From: Candidatus Latescibacterota bacterium
Lineage (GTDB): Bacteria; Latescibacterota; UBA2968
DNA: 64,000 nt
Direction: 5' to 3'
NCBI GenBank assembly: GCA_965208125.1
Contig: OZ242320.1
Span: 4,832,001 to 4,896,000 of the forward strand
Made by a program: the position numbers and the translations under genes. Positions 1 to 9,721 of this stretch are shown here, one piece after another (the stretch's first letter is position 1; each line of letters starts with the position of its first letter). Under the pieces are notes generated by a model, which saw only the letters and a program-made list of their open reading frames with translations, ran no database searches and had not been told where the DNA came from.

Positions 1-73
1 TGACATATAGGCGGGTAAGCAGTAAATTTGTATAGATGAAGTATAATCACTCTCATATACAGGAGGAATCGTT

Positions 74-880
74 ATGAAACGTTTGATTATTGCGACATGT
101 TTAGGGCTGGGGCTGGTTGGCTCGGCCATTGCTGGACCTCTGACACAGGGTATAGAATTTACGGGCGGAGAAAATAGCCTGGCAGGTCTGGTGCTGCAAC
201 GCACGCAAAATATTGTCGCCGAAGATGGCATTTTGAAGCTGCAGGTCGCCATCAATCACGCGCAGCAATTGAAGGGTTATGGTTTTGTGCTGCAGTACGA
301 TCAGTCCAGGTATGAGTTTGTCGAAGCGCGCCAAGTTGATCAAAATCTGCTCGATGTGAACAGTGGACAACCCGCGCTATTTCTCGCGTCCAACAAGACG
401 CCAGGGCAGGTGGCTGTTGGTGCGATGAAGGTCGATGGTCAGGCTGTCAGTGGTGATGGGGTGCTGGTCGAGTTTACGTTCAAAACCACACACACACCTC
501 TTGCCTCTGATTTTCAGATCCTCGACGGTGTGATGGTTGATTTGGCTGGCGGTATCGATGCGATTACTAATATTGAAATTGGCTCCCTCAAGCCGCTGCC
601 CAAAGATTACGCTCTTGGACAAAATGTCCCGAATCCTTTTAATCCCTCCACGACAATTGAATATCGGTTGCCCGAAGCCGGTGATGTTCAACTGGTGATT
701 TACAATTTGCTCGGACAAGAGGTTCGCACCTTAGTTCAAGAATCGATGGATGCGGGTTTTCACTCGGTCGTTTGGGATGGCACAGATGAATTTGGCAAGC
801 AAGTCGCCAGTGGAATTTATATTTATCGCATGTCAGTGGCCGATTTTACCCAGGTTCAGCGCATGATGTTGCTGAAGTAA
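74..880 (+). CDS. Secreted protein: cohesin-like beta-sandwich plus C-terminal FlgD-Ig / secretion-system sorting domain
   Basis: Signal peptide MKRLIIATCLGLGLVGSAIA. Cohesin-like pattern GYGFVLQYD...GDGVLVEFTF. C-terminal LGQNVPNPFNPSTTIEY...WDG...ASGIYIYRM...MMLLK. AGGAGG RBS at 61-66. Confidence 0.8.
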   Translation: MKRLIIATCLGLGLVGSAIAGPLTQGIEFTGGENSLAGLVLQRTQNIVAEDGILKLQVAINHAQQLKGYGFVLQYDQSRYEFVEARQVDQNLLDVNSGQPALFLASNKTPGQVAVGAMKVDGQAVSGDGVLVEFTFKTTHTPLASDFQILDGVMVDLAGGIDAITNIEIGSLKPLPKDYALGQNVPNPFNPSTTIEYRLPEAGDVQLVIYNLLGQEVRTLVQESMDAGFHSVVWDGTDEFGKQVASGIYIYRMSVADFTQVQRMMLLK

Positions 881-902
881 TGGCGCATTCGAATTCTTTT
901 CG

Positions 903-935
903 AGGCCGCTTCTTTTGAGGCGGCCTTTCTTTTTT
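903..935 (+). terminator. Rho-independent terminator
   Basis: AGGCCGCTTC-TTTT-GAGGCGGCCT hairpin followed by TTCTTTTTT. Confidence 0.7.
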
Positions 936-948
936 GGGAGGGCGAATC

Positions 949-1995
949 ATGATTCGCGTTGGACTGGTGGGCTATGGTTTGGGGGGGAAAGTCTTTCACG
1001 CACAATTGATTCAGATGGCACCCGAACTCGAACTCTACGCGGTTTGTTCGCGTTCGTTAGAAAAACGTCAGGATGCAGAGGCCGATTTTCCACAGATCGT
1101 GACGTATGACACTGTTGATGCGCTATTGGACGATGACAATGTCGATCTTGTTGTGTTGGCGACACCGCACGACACGCACGCACCGATGGCTATTCAGGCA
1201 ATGGACGCGGGTAAACATCTCGTAACAGATAAAATTATGTGTTTGAATGAGTCCGAAGCGCTATCAATGATTGAAGCGTCTGAGCGCAATCAGGTGCTTT
1301 TGAGTGTCTATCAAAATCGGCGATGGGATGGCGACTTTTTGACGTTGCAACACATACTTGCAGAGGGGATACTGGGCGATATTTATACTATTGAGTCCAA
1401 TATCACAGCTTATGGTGGCCCACATGTTGGGTGGCGCGCCTGGAAAAAATACGGCGGAGGGCGCGTACTCGATTGGGGAGCGCATCTGGTCGATCAAGCT
1501 CTCAGACTTTACGGCCCGACAGTTGAAACCGTTTTCGCCGATTTGCAATATCGCTATCCCAAGGACAAGGCCGATGTTGAGGCTCTGGCTCTGATTCATC
1601 TGAGATTTGCAAACGGAGTGCGCTATTTTATAGAATTGGGTACCGCGTGGATGTATGCTAAGCCGCGCTATCATGTGCGCGGCGCCCTCGGAAGTTTCAG
1701 AAAATACGGCATAGACCCTCAAGAAGCAGCGATGAAGTCGGGGGTTTTTGGCGTACCTGTTCCAGAAGACCCTGCGCGTTATAACTTGCGCGTTATAAAT
1801 GAGCGCGGACAAACCATAGAGCACCCCGTGTCGCCCATGTTTGGCAGTTATCGCACGTATTACGATAATGTGGGCGCGGCACTTGTACATGGAGAAGAAT
1901 TGCTGGTTAAACCGAAGGAATGTTTAGAGGCCATTCGCGTGATTGACGCAATCAGGCTATCGGCAGAACGAGAAGAGGTTGTCAAACTGATATAG
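949..1995 (+). CDS. Gfo/Idh/MocA family oxidoreductase (scyllo-inositol dehydrogenase/YdgJ-like)
   Basis: GLVGYGLGG Rossmann motif, TPHDTH, YQNRRWDGDF, D-x-G-x-H (DWGAH). Start moved to ATG 949 after GGAGGG. Confidence 0.9.
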   Translation: MIRVGLVGYGLGGKVFHAQLIQMAPELELYAVCSRSLEKRQDAEADFPQIVTYDTVDALLDDDNVDLVVLATPHDTHAPMAIQAMDAGKHLVTDKIMCLNESEALSMIEASERNQVLLSVYQNRRWDGDFLTLQHILAEGILGDIYTIESNITAYGGPHVGWRAWKKYGGGRVLDWGAHLVDQALRLYGPTVETVFADLQYRYPKDKADVEALALIHLRFANGVRYFIELGTAWMYAKPRYHVRGALGSFRKYGIDPQEAAMKSGVFGVPVPEDPARYNLRVINERGQTIEHPVSPMFGSYRTYYDNVGAALVHGEELLVKPKECLEAIRVIDAIRLSAEREEVVKLI

Positions 1996-2009
1996 GAAAG
2001 GGCCGTTTT

Positions 2010-2165
2010 ATGGTGTGGGGCATTGTATTATTTGTCATCTTTACGGGTTGTTATCTGGGGCAGTGTGTTTCTTCTGGCCTGGGCGAAAAGCGCGGCTGGT
2101 CACTGCAGTGGATATGTTGGTTGATCACGAGTTTGACAATTTTGATCTGCTATTTCATAGTATAG
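2010..2165 (+). CDS. Putative 51-aa two-TM membrane protein (not in ORF track)
   Basis: MVWGIVLFVIFTGCYLGQCVSSGLGEKRGWSLQWICWLITSLTILICYFIV. GGAAAGGG upstream. Fills the gap between co-oriented genes almost exactly. Confidence 0.5.
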   Translation: MVWGIVLFVIFTGCYLGQCVSSGLGEKRGWSLQWICWLITSLTILICYFIV

Positions 2166-2175
2166 GGCCAACATC

Positions 2176-2655
2176 GTGTTGTTTTGCGAATTAAAACGCC
2201 ATCTCAACAAGCCCGATGAAACATATATGTGCGATTTGGTTGCCCGTGACACAGATTGGGTGGTTTTGTCTTATGTGTCAAACCGCGCCTGGGAATTCGC
2301 TGGCACCCACCTGCCTGCTGGTTCTCAAACGCTGGCATTTTACCAAAGGGGCGGCGCACATGTTCTGTGGCGAATGTGCGACCCTTCAGGTGGTCTGGTG
2401 GGGCATTTGTTTCATATTTGTCGAGATGTGCAGGTGGAAGAACGCAGGGTTAGTTATTTGGATCTGCTTTTGGATATATGGATAGATTCTGATGGTGTTG
2501 TCGAGGTGTTAGATCGGGAAGATGTGGATATGTGTTATAGGGAAGGAAAACTGTGTGAAGTTGATCTGAAATCCATAACGTCAGAAGAGAAACGGATTGT
2601 GACACACTGGCCCGTGCTGGTGCGCGAGATGGACGCGCTGTTGAGCGGCCTATAA
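2176..2655 (+). CDS. DUF402 (FomD-like) domain protein
   Basis: YLDLLLDIW...EVLDRED acidic motif typical of DUF402. Confidence 0.7.
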   Translation: MLFCELKRHLNKPDETYMCDLVARDTDWVVLSYVSNRAWEFAGTHLPAGSQTLAFYQRGGAHVLWRMCDPSGGLVGHLFHICRDVQVEERRVSYLDLLLDIWIDSDGVVEVLDREDVDMCYREGKLCEVDLKSITSEEKRIVTHWPVLVREMDALLSGL

Positions 2656-3537
2656 TGATTTCTTTTCTTCTTCGAGCAGTGGGATGAGTTCTCTGAGGTA
2701 TTTGCGAAAATCTTTGGCAATGGCCGGATGGGTGAGGGAAAAGGCCACGGAGGTTTTGAGATAGGATAGCAGATCGCCCACCGTATGCCACTCCCCTTCG
2801 ATGGCACATGCGTACACAGCTCGGGATTGGCTCATCAATTCAATGGCGTCGGTGAGCTGATATTCACCATTTTCGGCAGGTTCGATCTGTTCGAGGAAGT
2901 CAAAAATTTCGGGTCCAAAGATATAGCGCCCCAGAGTCGCGAGATTTGATGGTGCTTTTGCAGGATCGGGTTTTTCAACGAGTCCCTCAACGAGATAGAT
3001 ATCGTTTATGCGTTTGGCTTTAATGGCGCCATAGCTGCTGATGCGTTCTTGCGGTACTTCTTTGACCGCGAGGATTGAGCTGTTATACTTTTTGTAGTGC
3101 TCAATCATTTGTCCAATGCAAGGCCGTTCTGAAACGACGAGGTCATCGCCGTACAGAACGGCAAAGGGTTCGTCGCCAATATGTTTACGGGCTTTGAGAA
3201 CGGCGTGTCCTGTACCTAACTGATCTTTTTGCCGCACGTAATGGATGTCGGCCAGTTGTTCGATTCGATCGAGGGTTTCGAGCATTTTACGATCTGCGCG
3301 TTCATGCAATGCATGAGCGATTTCGATGTTGCGATCAAAGTGGTCTTCAATTGCGCGTTTCCCCCGGCCTGTGATGATCAAGATATCTTCAATGCCCGAA
3401 TTGACGAGTTCTTCAATGATGTACTGAATTGCTGGTTTGTCAACGATGGGCATCATTTCTTTGGGCAGAGCCTTAGTGGCGGGCAGCATGCGGCTGCCGT
3501 GCCCCGCTGCGGGAATTACTGCTTTCCGAATTTTCAA
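2650..3537 (-). CDS. galU: UTP--glucose-1-phosphate uridylyltransferase
   Basis: KAVIPAAGHGSRMLPATKALPKEM, EDHFD, VEKP, GEYQLTDAI. Likely TTG start at 3537 after GGAGGT. Confidence 0.95.
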   Translation of the reverse strand: MKIRKAVIPAAGHGSRMLPATKALPKEMMPIVDKPAIQYIIEELVNSGIEDILIITGRGKRAIEDHFDRNIEIAHALHERADRKMLETLDRIEQLADIHYVRQKDQLGTGHAVLKARKHIGDEPFAVLYGDDLVVSERPCIGQMIEHYKKYNSSILAVKEVPQERISSYGAIKAKRINDIYLVEGLVEKPDPAKAPSNLATLGRYIFGPEIFDFLEQIEPAENGEYQLTDAIELMSQSRAVYACAIEGEWHTVGDLLSYLKTSVAFSLTHPAIAKDFRKYLRELIPLLEEEKKSL

Positions 3538-3855
3538 CAGGACCTCCAGAATGCTGAGATTTATCAAACTACCCGGATGATAAATTTCGGATTGTAAAAA
3601 AAAATGTCAAGGATATTTTCCTACTATATGTTGTTTCTCATTACTTGACTTTATTTTTTTAAAGAGTTATTATTCAGCACCCTTTCTCCTCCTTTTATCG
3701 CTTCTGTCAATTTTCCCCTATTTTAAGCTCATTTTCTCGCTGCCACTCAACGATTTTTTGACAGGCAGTGTGAATATCGAGAAATACAAACCAATTTTAC
3801 CAATTTTGCCGGATTATTATTCACTGTATTGATTCCGGTGGGAGATAATATAGTT

Positions 3856-4875
3856 ATGGCTTTATGGTTTTCGAACTTGTTTTCTAACGATATTGGCATT
3901 GATCTGGGAACTGCTAATACACTGATTTATGTCAAAGGGCAGGGCATTGTGATCAACGAGCCTTCAATTGTTGCCCTTGAGCGTCATACACGCAAACCGC
4001 TGGCCATTGGTGCCCAGGCAAAAGAAATGCTTGGGCGCGAAAAACCAGATATAGAGGTGGTGCGCCCGCTCCGCGATGGCGTTATCGCCGATTTTGATGT
4101 GACTGAGGAAATGCTGCGTTTTTTTATTTCTAAAGTACAAAAAAATAAACTGCTGGTCAGGCCGCGCGTTGTGATTTGTGTGCCTTCTGGTGTTACGCCT
4201 GTTGAGATGCGCGCTGTAAGCGAGGCTGCCGACCGCGCAGGTGCCCGCGAAGTTTATTTGATAAAAGAGCCCATGGCGGCTGCGATTGGCGTTGGGTTGC
4301 CTATAGAAGATGCGGTGGGCTCTATGGTCGTTGATATTGGCGGTGGAACAACGGAGATCGCGGTGATCGCACTGTCTGGCATTGTGACTTCCAGATCGAT
4401 TAAAACAGCGGGCGATGAATTGACAGAAGTCATAGTGCAATTTCTCAAACGCAAACACAATCTGCTGGTGGGAAGCCGCAGTGCAGAGCAAATCAAGTGC
4501 GCTATTGGCACTGCTGTGGGACTTGAGGAAGAACTGCAACATATGTGCCGTGGTCTGGAGATGGTGCAAGCGATTCCCAGAGTTATTAATGTCCATTCAA
4601 AAGAAATCAGGGAGGCATTGGCCGGTTCGGTAAATGCGATTGTTAATGCTGTGCGCCGAACACTCGAGCAGACACCCCCTGAATTAGCCGCCGATATTCT
4701 CGACAATGGCATCATTTTGACGGGGGGAGGAGCACTACTACGCGGGCTGGATAGGCGATTGGTCAATGAGACTGGTTTGCCCGTTATGGTAGCCGATGAT
4801 CCATTGACCTGTGTGGTGCGAGGTACAGGGAAAGTCCTTGCAGATATCCATAGCTACAGGAACGTTTTGGAATAG
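3856..4875 (+). CDS. mreB: Rod shape-determining actin homolog MreB
   Basis: IGIDLGTANT, RPLRDGVIADF, EPMAAAIG, VDIGGGTTE, LTGGGALL. Confidence 0.97.
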   Translation: MALWFSNLFSNDIGIDLGTANTLIYVKGQGIVINEPSIVALERHTRKPLAIGAQAKEMLGREKPDIEVVRPLRDGVIADFDVTEEMLRFFISKVQKNKLLVRPRVVICVPSGVTPVEMRAVSEAADRAGAREVYLIKEPMAAAIGVGLPIEDAVGSMVVDIGGGTTEIAVIALSGIVTSRSIKTAGDELTEVIVQFLKRKHNLLVGSRSAEQIKCAIGTAVGLEEELQHMCRGLEMVQAIPRVINVHSKEIREALAGSVNAIVNAVRRTLEQTPPELAADILDNGIILTGGGALLRGLDRRLVNETGLPVMVADDPLTCVVRGTGKVLADIHSYRNVLE

Positions 4876-4877
4876 CG

Positions 4878-5681
4878 ATGCAACGAGTTCGTGTTTTTTT
4901 ACGTGTTCGCCGTAAGGGAGTTGTGCTGAGCGTTGCGATTTTTGCATCGTTGATATTGATGTTGTTCGATTCCTCAATACAGGCGCGATTTCCACACAGC
5001 GTTGTTCTTGGATTGATGTCTATTGGGCATCGTATCCTCGCCTGGCCTATGGGGATTTCATCGCTGCGATACGAAAATGAGGCTCTGCGCGATCAGAATT
5101 TGCGTCTTTCTCTCGAATTGCTCAAACTCAGAGAGGCTCAACTTGAAAATGCACGCCTCCATGCCTTGTTGCATTTCAAGTCGCAGCAGGCTGCTGAAAA
5201 ATCTTATATCGTCGCGCGGGTGATTGCACGCAATCCCGCGAGAATTGCAAATACGATATTGATTGATGTCGGTGCAGATGAAGGGATACAGGCCCGCATG
5301 CCTGTTGTGACTGCGGATGGGTTAGTGGGGCGTATCATGGAAGTGCACGGATATACTGCTATTGTGCAGTTGCTCATAGATCACAACTGTCGGGTCAGTG
5401 CCGTGGTGCAGCGACACAGTCGCGTAAGTGGTATTGTGTCTTTTGAGGATGGCACATTCTATTTGAAAAATGTGTCGCTTCGGGGGGATATTAAAGTCGG
5501 TGATCTGATCGTATCGTCCGGTTTGGGCGAACTGTTTCCAAAAGGGCTTTACGTGGGGCAGGTCGTCAAATTAGGGGATGATGAAACACAGGGTTTATTT
5601 AGAGAGATCATTTTGGCACCGGGCGTAAATTTCCACAATTTGGAAGAGGTCTTTGTGTTAAAAGACCTCTTTGTAGATTAA
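4878..5681 (+). CDS. mreC: Rod shape-determining protein MreC
   Basis: N-terminal TM helix, coiled coil (ENEALR...ENARLHALL), GLVGRI, GDLIVSSGLGELFPKG. Lies 2 nt after mreB. Confidence 0.93.
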   Translation: MQRVRVFLRVRRKGVVLSVAIFASLILMLFDSSIQARFPHSVVLGLMSIGHRILAWPMGISSLRYENEALRDQNLRLSLELLKLREAQLENARLHALLHFKSQQAAEKSYIVARVIARNPARIANTILIDVGADEGIQARMPVVTADGLVGRIMEVHGYTAIVQLLIDHNCRVSAVVQRHSRVSGIVSFEDGTFYLKNVSLRGDIKVGDLIVSSGLGELFPKGLYVGQVVKLGDDETQGLFREIILAPGVNFHNLEEVFVLKDLFVD

Positions 5682-5691
5682 TAATTAAAGT

Positions 5692-7164
5692 TCATAATTG
5701 AATCGATTTTTTGAGTTCCCTGAGGGCAGTGCCTTCAGGGGATTTTTTGTAGTAGGTATCCAGCGGGAAGCAACCCGATATCATGCCATTTCGGGGGGCT
5801 GTAGTGCAGTCGCTAAAGGTGCGACAGAGTTTGCGTTTGGACGCTTCGCCCTTTTGGAGTACATCTACGGGCAAGTCGGGATAAGATAGCACCATGCGTC
5901 CCAGGCCGATAAAATCTACCTTGCCATCGCGCACGAGCGTTTGAGCAACATGGGGCAAAAATTCTTGAAGATAGGAATAAGCCGTGCCGACGATGAGCAA
6001 ATCGGAAAATTGTTTTTTGATTTGTGCGGTAATACTAACTTGACGTGCAACACCCACGAGTGGGTCTTCGGGGGGTTGATAGCCATCAGAAGGGGGAAAA
6101 TAAGCGGGCCGCTGAATGTGGGGATTGTAGTAGGGACTGCCAGCTGAGAGGTTGACAAGCAAAATGTCAAGTTCGCGCAGCAATTCGAGGAAGCGACAAG
6201 TTTCGACGATATTTGCAGCTATGGGATTGTCTTCATCGATACCAAATCCGTATTTATAGGGTAGGTATTCAGAAAAATCTTCGGGAATGCCGGGACCGAG
6301 TTTTTTGCCTTCGGATAGTTCGGGATCGGGATAAAAAGGCACAAAGTCGAATGCGCTGAGGCGCACACCTATTTTGAGAGCGGGACAATCGGCGCGAATG
6401 CCCGCGACGATTTCGCGAAGAAATCGGGTTCGGTTTTCAAATGAGCCACCATAAGGTCCCGGTCGGGAAAAGGCACTCAAAAATTCGTGGCCGAGATAAC
6501 CGTGGCAGTGCTTGACATCAACAAATTGATATCCGAGGTCATACGCCATGCGTGCGGCGCTGTGATAGTCGTCAATCAGGCTTTTGATTTCGCCATCGGA
6601 CAGCATTGGGGCGTCTGAGTCAATGCCAAATTTACGGTCGAGGATCGGATGGCGATACACAATGCGGGGTTCGAGTCTGATTTTATCATTGGGTCTGCAA
6701 AAACGGCCTGAGTGGGTCAGCTGAAGACCAATGAGGAGGTCATCGGTATCGCCGATATGTTCTCGGTGTGCCGATAGGAGTTCTTCTCGGAGTTTGCCCA
6801 GGCCCGCTTTGGTATGTTCGGCTGCAAAGAGTTGATTGGGATTTGCGCGTCCTTCATGGCGCACGGCAACAGCTTCGCCGCCCCATATCAATTTTGCACC
6901 GCTCAGCCCAAAATTGTGCCATCGCCGAAGCGTATATTCCGAGGGATTGCCATCAATTTCGCCATCCCAGCCCTCCATAGGGTGGATGCAGAAGCGATTG
7001 CCAATGCGAAAGCCCTGACACTCGCTCGTTTGGGCAAGTGGTGATTCTGGTGCCTTGAGAATTTCGTCATCGCATGGGAGGTCGATTCCCAGGCTATTGA
7101 CATGTGCTTTGAATGATTCGACGGTTTTGTGATGTCCGATGCGCTGGTATTTTGCCAGAGGCAT
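5692..7164 (-). CDS. NADH:flavin oxidoreductase (Old Yellow Enzyme family)
   Basis: [46 protein letters not shown]. Confidence 0.9.
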   Translation of the reverse strand: MPLAKYQRIGHHKTVESFKAHVNSLGIDLPCDDEILKAPESPLAQTSECQGFRIGNRFCIHPMEGWDGEIDGNPSEYTLRRWHNFGLSGAKLIWGGEAVAVRHEGRANPNQLFAAEHTKAGLGKLREELLSAHREHIGDTDDLLIGLQLTHSGRFCRPNDKIRLEPRIVYRHPILDRKFGIDSDAPMLSDGEIKSLIDDYHSAARMAYDLGYQFVDVKHCHGYLGHEFLSAFSRPGPYGGSFENRTRFLREIVAGIRADCPALKIGVRLSAFDFVPFYPDPELSEGKKLGPGIPEDFSEYLPYKYGFGIDEDNPIAANIVETCRFLELLRELDILLVNLSAGSPYYNPHIQRPAYFPPSDGYQPPEDPLVGVARQVSITAQIKKQFSDLLIVGTAYSYLQEFLPHVAQTLVRDGKVDFIGLGRMVLSYPDLPVDVLQKGEASKRKLCRTFSDCTTAPRNGMISGCFPLDTYYKKSPEGTALRELKKSIQL

Positions 7165-7263
7165 TGGCACTCCTTGGGCGAAATAGTTTGCATTATATGT
7201 CTTAGAAAGCTATGAATATACCAAAGGATGTTTTGGGAAGCAATGTTTCTGAAAGGAGTTTTT

Positions 7264-8232
7264 ATGGCGGTGGAAAATTATGTACAGATTGTGGTACCTG
7301 GCGATGAGCCGGTACAGATTGTGGGATCGCCTCATCTCGAGCGATTGTCAGATTATGGCGATGTGGTGCTTTACGATACGCGACCCGAGTCATCAGAAGA
7401 GAAGGTCGAACGGGTAAAAGACGCCGATGTGATTATGAACACGCGCGGTGCTGTAACGTGGGGCGAGCAAGAGTTTAGCCAATTACCAGGACTAAAGATG
7501 ATTACGACGTGTTCTATTGGTACAGATATGTTCGATCTGGAGGCCGCTAAAAAGCGCGGGATTGTGATATGCAACCAGCCGGGTAGAACAGCGCCGGTTG
7601 TGGCAGAGCACATGTTTGGGCTGATGTTTGCGGTTGCAAAACGCGCTTCATATTTGACCACGGAGATGAAGAAGGGGGGCTGGCCCCGGCGGGATAATAT
7701 GATGCTTCAGGGCAAGACTCTGGGGATTATAGGTACGGGCAATATTGGTGCTGAGATGGCGCGACTTGCCCGGGCGATTGGGATGGAGGTGATTGCGTGG
7801 ACATTTCATCCGTCATCTGAACGAGCAGAAAAACTCGGCGTGCGATTTGTCGAGTTAGACGCGCTACTCGAGAATTCTGATGTCGTTAGTTTGCACGTGG
7901 CGTTGACAGATGATACCAGGGGGATGATTGGCGAGGCCGAGCTTGAGAGGATGAAACCGGGTGCGCTATTGCTGAATGGCGCACGCGGCGCTGTGGTCGA
8001 TACAAAAGCACTTGCCAATGCGCTGAACAGCGGGCATGTCGGCGGAGCGGGTATTGATGTGTACGAAGAAGAACCGACGCCGCTCAATTATCCTCTTTTT
8101 GAGTGTGAACAGGTGGTGCTTACGCCGCATTGTGCAGATATGACGCCAGAAGGTGTCGATCTGCTCAATAGCGGCGCAGTGGAGAATGTAATCGCATTTT
8201 TGGAGGGGCGGACACAAAATGCGGTGACGTAG
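7264..8232 (+). CDS. D-isomer-specific 2-hydroxyacid dehydrogenase
   Basis: GKTLGIIGTGNIG, NGARG, IDVYEEEP, LTPH. Start ATG 7264 after AAGGAG. Confidence 0.9.
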   Translation: MAVENYVQIVVPGDEPVQIVGSPHLERLSDYGDVVLYDTRPESSEEKVERVKDADVIMNTRGAVTWGEQEFSQLPGLKMITTCSIGTDMFDLEAAKKRGIVICNQPGRTAPVVAEHMFGLMFAVAKRASYLTTEMKKGGWPRRDNMMLQGKTLGIIGTGNIGAEMARLARAIGMEVIAWTFHPSSERAEKLGVRFVELDALLENSDVVSLHVALTDDTRGMIGEAELERMKPGALLLNGARGAVVDTKALANALNSGHVGGAGIDVYEEEPTPLNYPLFECEQVVLTPHCADMTPEGVDLLNSGAVENVIAFLEGRTQNAVT

Positions 8233-8234
8233 TT

Positions 8235-9311
8235 CTATATATATCCCTCCTGGGTCAGGAGTTCGGCCATCAGGACAGCGCCGCCCGCGGCACCGCGTAC
8301 AGTGTTGTGACTGAGGGCGATGAATTTGTAATCGAAGAGATTGTCTTCGCGCAAACGACCGAGTGTAATGCCCATGCCATCTTCCGCATCGCGGTCTAAG
8401 CGCGTCTGCGGGCGGTCATCACCTTCGATGTACGCGAGAAATGTTTTGGGCGAGGAGGGCAGCCCCACAGCTTTGCGGTCGCCCTCAAAGTTTTGCCAGC
8501 GGGAGAGGATGTCCTCAGCCGTGGGTTTTTTGTCAAAGGATACAGATACGGCTGCCATGTGTCCATCTGTGACGGGAACCCGAACGCATTGGGCTGAAAT
8601 GATCGGACTGCGGCTGGGCACAATTTCATCCTTGACGATTTTGCCCCAGATTTTATGGGGCTCGTTTTCGCTTTTGTCTTCTTCACCGCCGATATAGGGG
8701 ATGATATTGTCTATCATTTCTGGCCATGTTTCAAAGGTTTTACCCGCACCGGAAATGGCCTGATAAGTGCATATAGAAGCGCTGGTAGGCCCAAATTCTG
8801 ACAATGCGTGAAAAGCCGGTACATAAGGCTGAATGGAGCAATTGGGTTTTACGGCAATAAAACCGCGTTGGACACCCAGACGTTTGCGTTGCTCCGGGAT
8901 AATTTCGGCGTGCTCTGGATTGATTTCTGGCATAAGAATGGGCACGTCGGGGGTCCAGCGGTGCGCCGAGTTATTGGAGATCACTGGCGTTTCGGCTTTT
9001 GCATAAGCTTCTTCGAGTTTGTAAATCTCTTCTTTTTCCATGTCGAGCGCGCAGCAGACGAAATCGACCTGTGATGAGATTGCATCAATCTCGCGCACAT
9101 CTTGCACGACGAGGTCAGATACTGTTGCGGGAATGGGTAGATCGCATTGCGTCCATCGGCCTTTTACGGCTTCACCATAGGTTTTGCCAGCAGAGCGCGG
9201 ACTGGCTGCAACGGCGGTGACTTCATACCAGGGATGATCGGCGAGCAATGTGACAAAGCGTTGCCCGACCATGCCGGTTGCGCCGAGAACCCCAACTTTG
9301 AGCTTGGACAT
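8235..9311 (-). CDS. asd: Aspartate-semialdehyde dehydrogenase (archaeal/fungal-like clade)
   Basis: KVGVLGATGMVGQRF, catalytic PNC, YQAISGAG, HNTVRGAAG. Confidence 0.95.
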   Translation of the reverse strand: MSKLKVGVLGATGMVGQRFVTLLADHPWYEVTAVAASPRSAGKTYGEAVKGRWTQCDLPIPATVSDLVVQDVREIDAISSQVDFVCCALDMEKEEIYKLEEAYAKAETPVISNNSAHRWTPDVPILMPEINPEHAEIIPEQRKRLGVQRGFIAVKPNCSIQPYVPAFHALSEFGPTSASICTYQAISGAGKTFETWPEMIDNIIPYIGGEEDKSENEPHKIWGKIVKDEIVPSRSPIISAQCVRVPVTDGHMAAVSVSFDKKPTAEDILSRWQNFEGDRKAVGLPSSPKTFLAYIEGDDRPQTRLDRDAEDGMGITLGRLREDNLFDYKFIALSHNTVRGAAGGAVLMAELLTQEGYI

Positions 9312-9334
9312 CGGTTTTTCCTTTCTGCGGATCT

Positions 9335-9380
9335 AAAAATAAAAAACAGTCGGTTGCCAGAGTAGAAGCACGCCGACTGC
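9335..9380 (-). terminator. Attenuator terminator (expression platform of the lysine riboswitch)
   Basis: On the minus strand, CAGTCGG...CCGACTG stem followed by TTTTTTATTTTT, lying between the aptamer and the asd start. Confidence 0.75.
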
Positions 9381-9399
9381 ATATAGCAGAGACTGCCCA

Positions 9400-9574
9400 C
9401 AAGAGAGTGCTCCACGGGATCATTTCCCGTGACAGTTCAGCAGATGTTATCTGTTGACCCAGCCAAATGCCCTGCGGAGAGACATTTGGCTTCGGCATCC
9501 CGACCCTTTCATCTGGCCTATAGATCCGCTTTCTGGTGCCAGATTACTGATGACGGGACGCGCCTCTACTCTTG
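9400..9574 (-). ncRNA. Lysine riboswitch (L-box)
   Basis: Minus strand reads CAAGAGTAGAGGCGCG...AGTAA...GAAAGGG...GCCGAA...CTGGG...ACTGTCAC...GTGGAGCACTCTCTTG. These are the conserved L-box blocks in order, with a P1 of CAAGAG/CTCTTG, directly upstream of asd. Confidence 0.93.
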
Positions 9575-9638
9575 GTGGGAAGAAATCTCACATATTCTAT
9601 ATTTTTTGTCAACCCGAAAATGAAATATGTCGCTGATA

Positions 9639-9667
9639 TTGACAGGCAGGCACTTGCAGATTATCAT
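9639..9667 (+). promoter_or_regulatory. Putative sigma-70 promoter for the sulfatase-csiD-MTase run
   Basis: TTGACA-17 nt-TATCAT. Confidence 0.55.
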
Positions 9668-9721
9668 AATAGAGTAAAGGAAGAGGTTAGACAAATCCAT
9701 GAGTCACACAAGGAGAATTTT

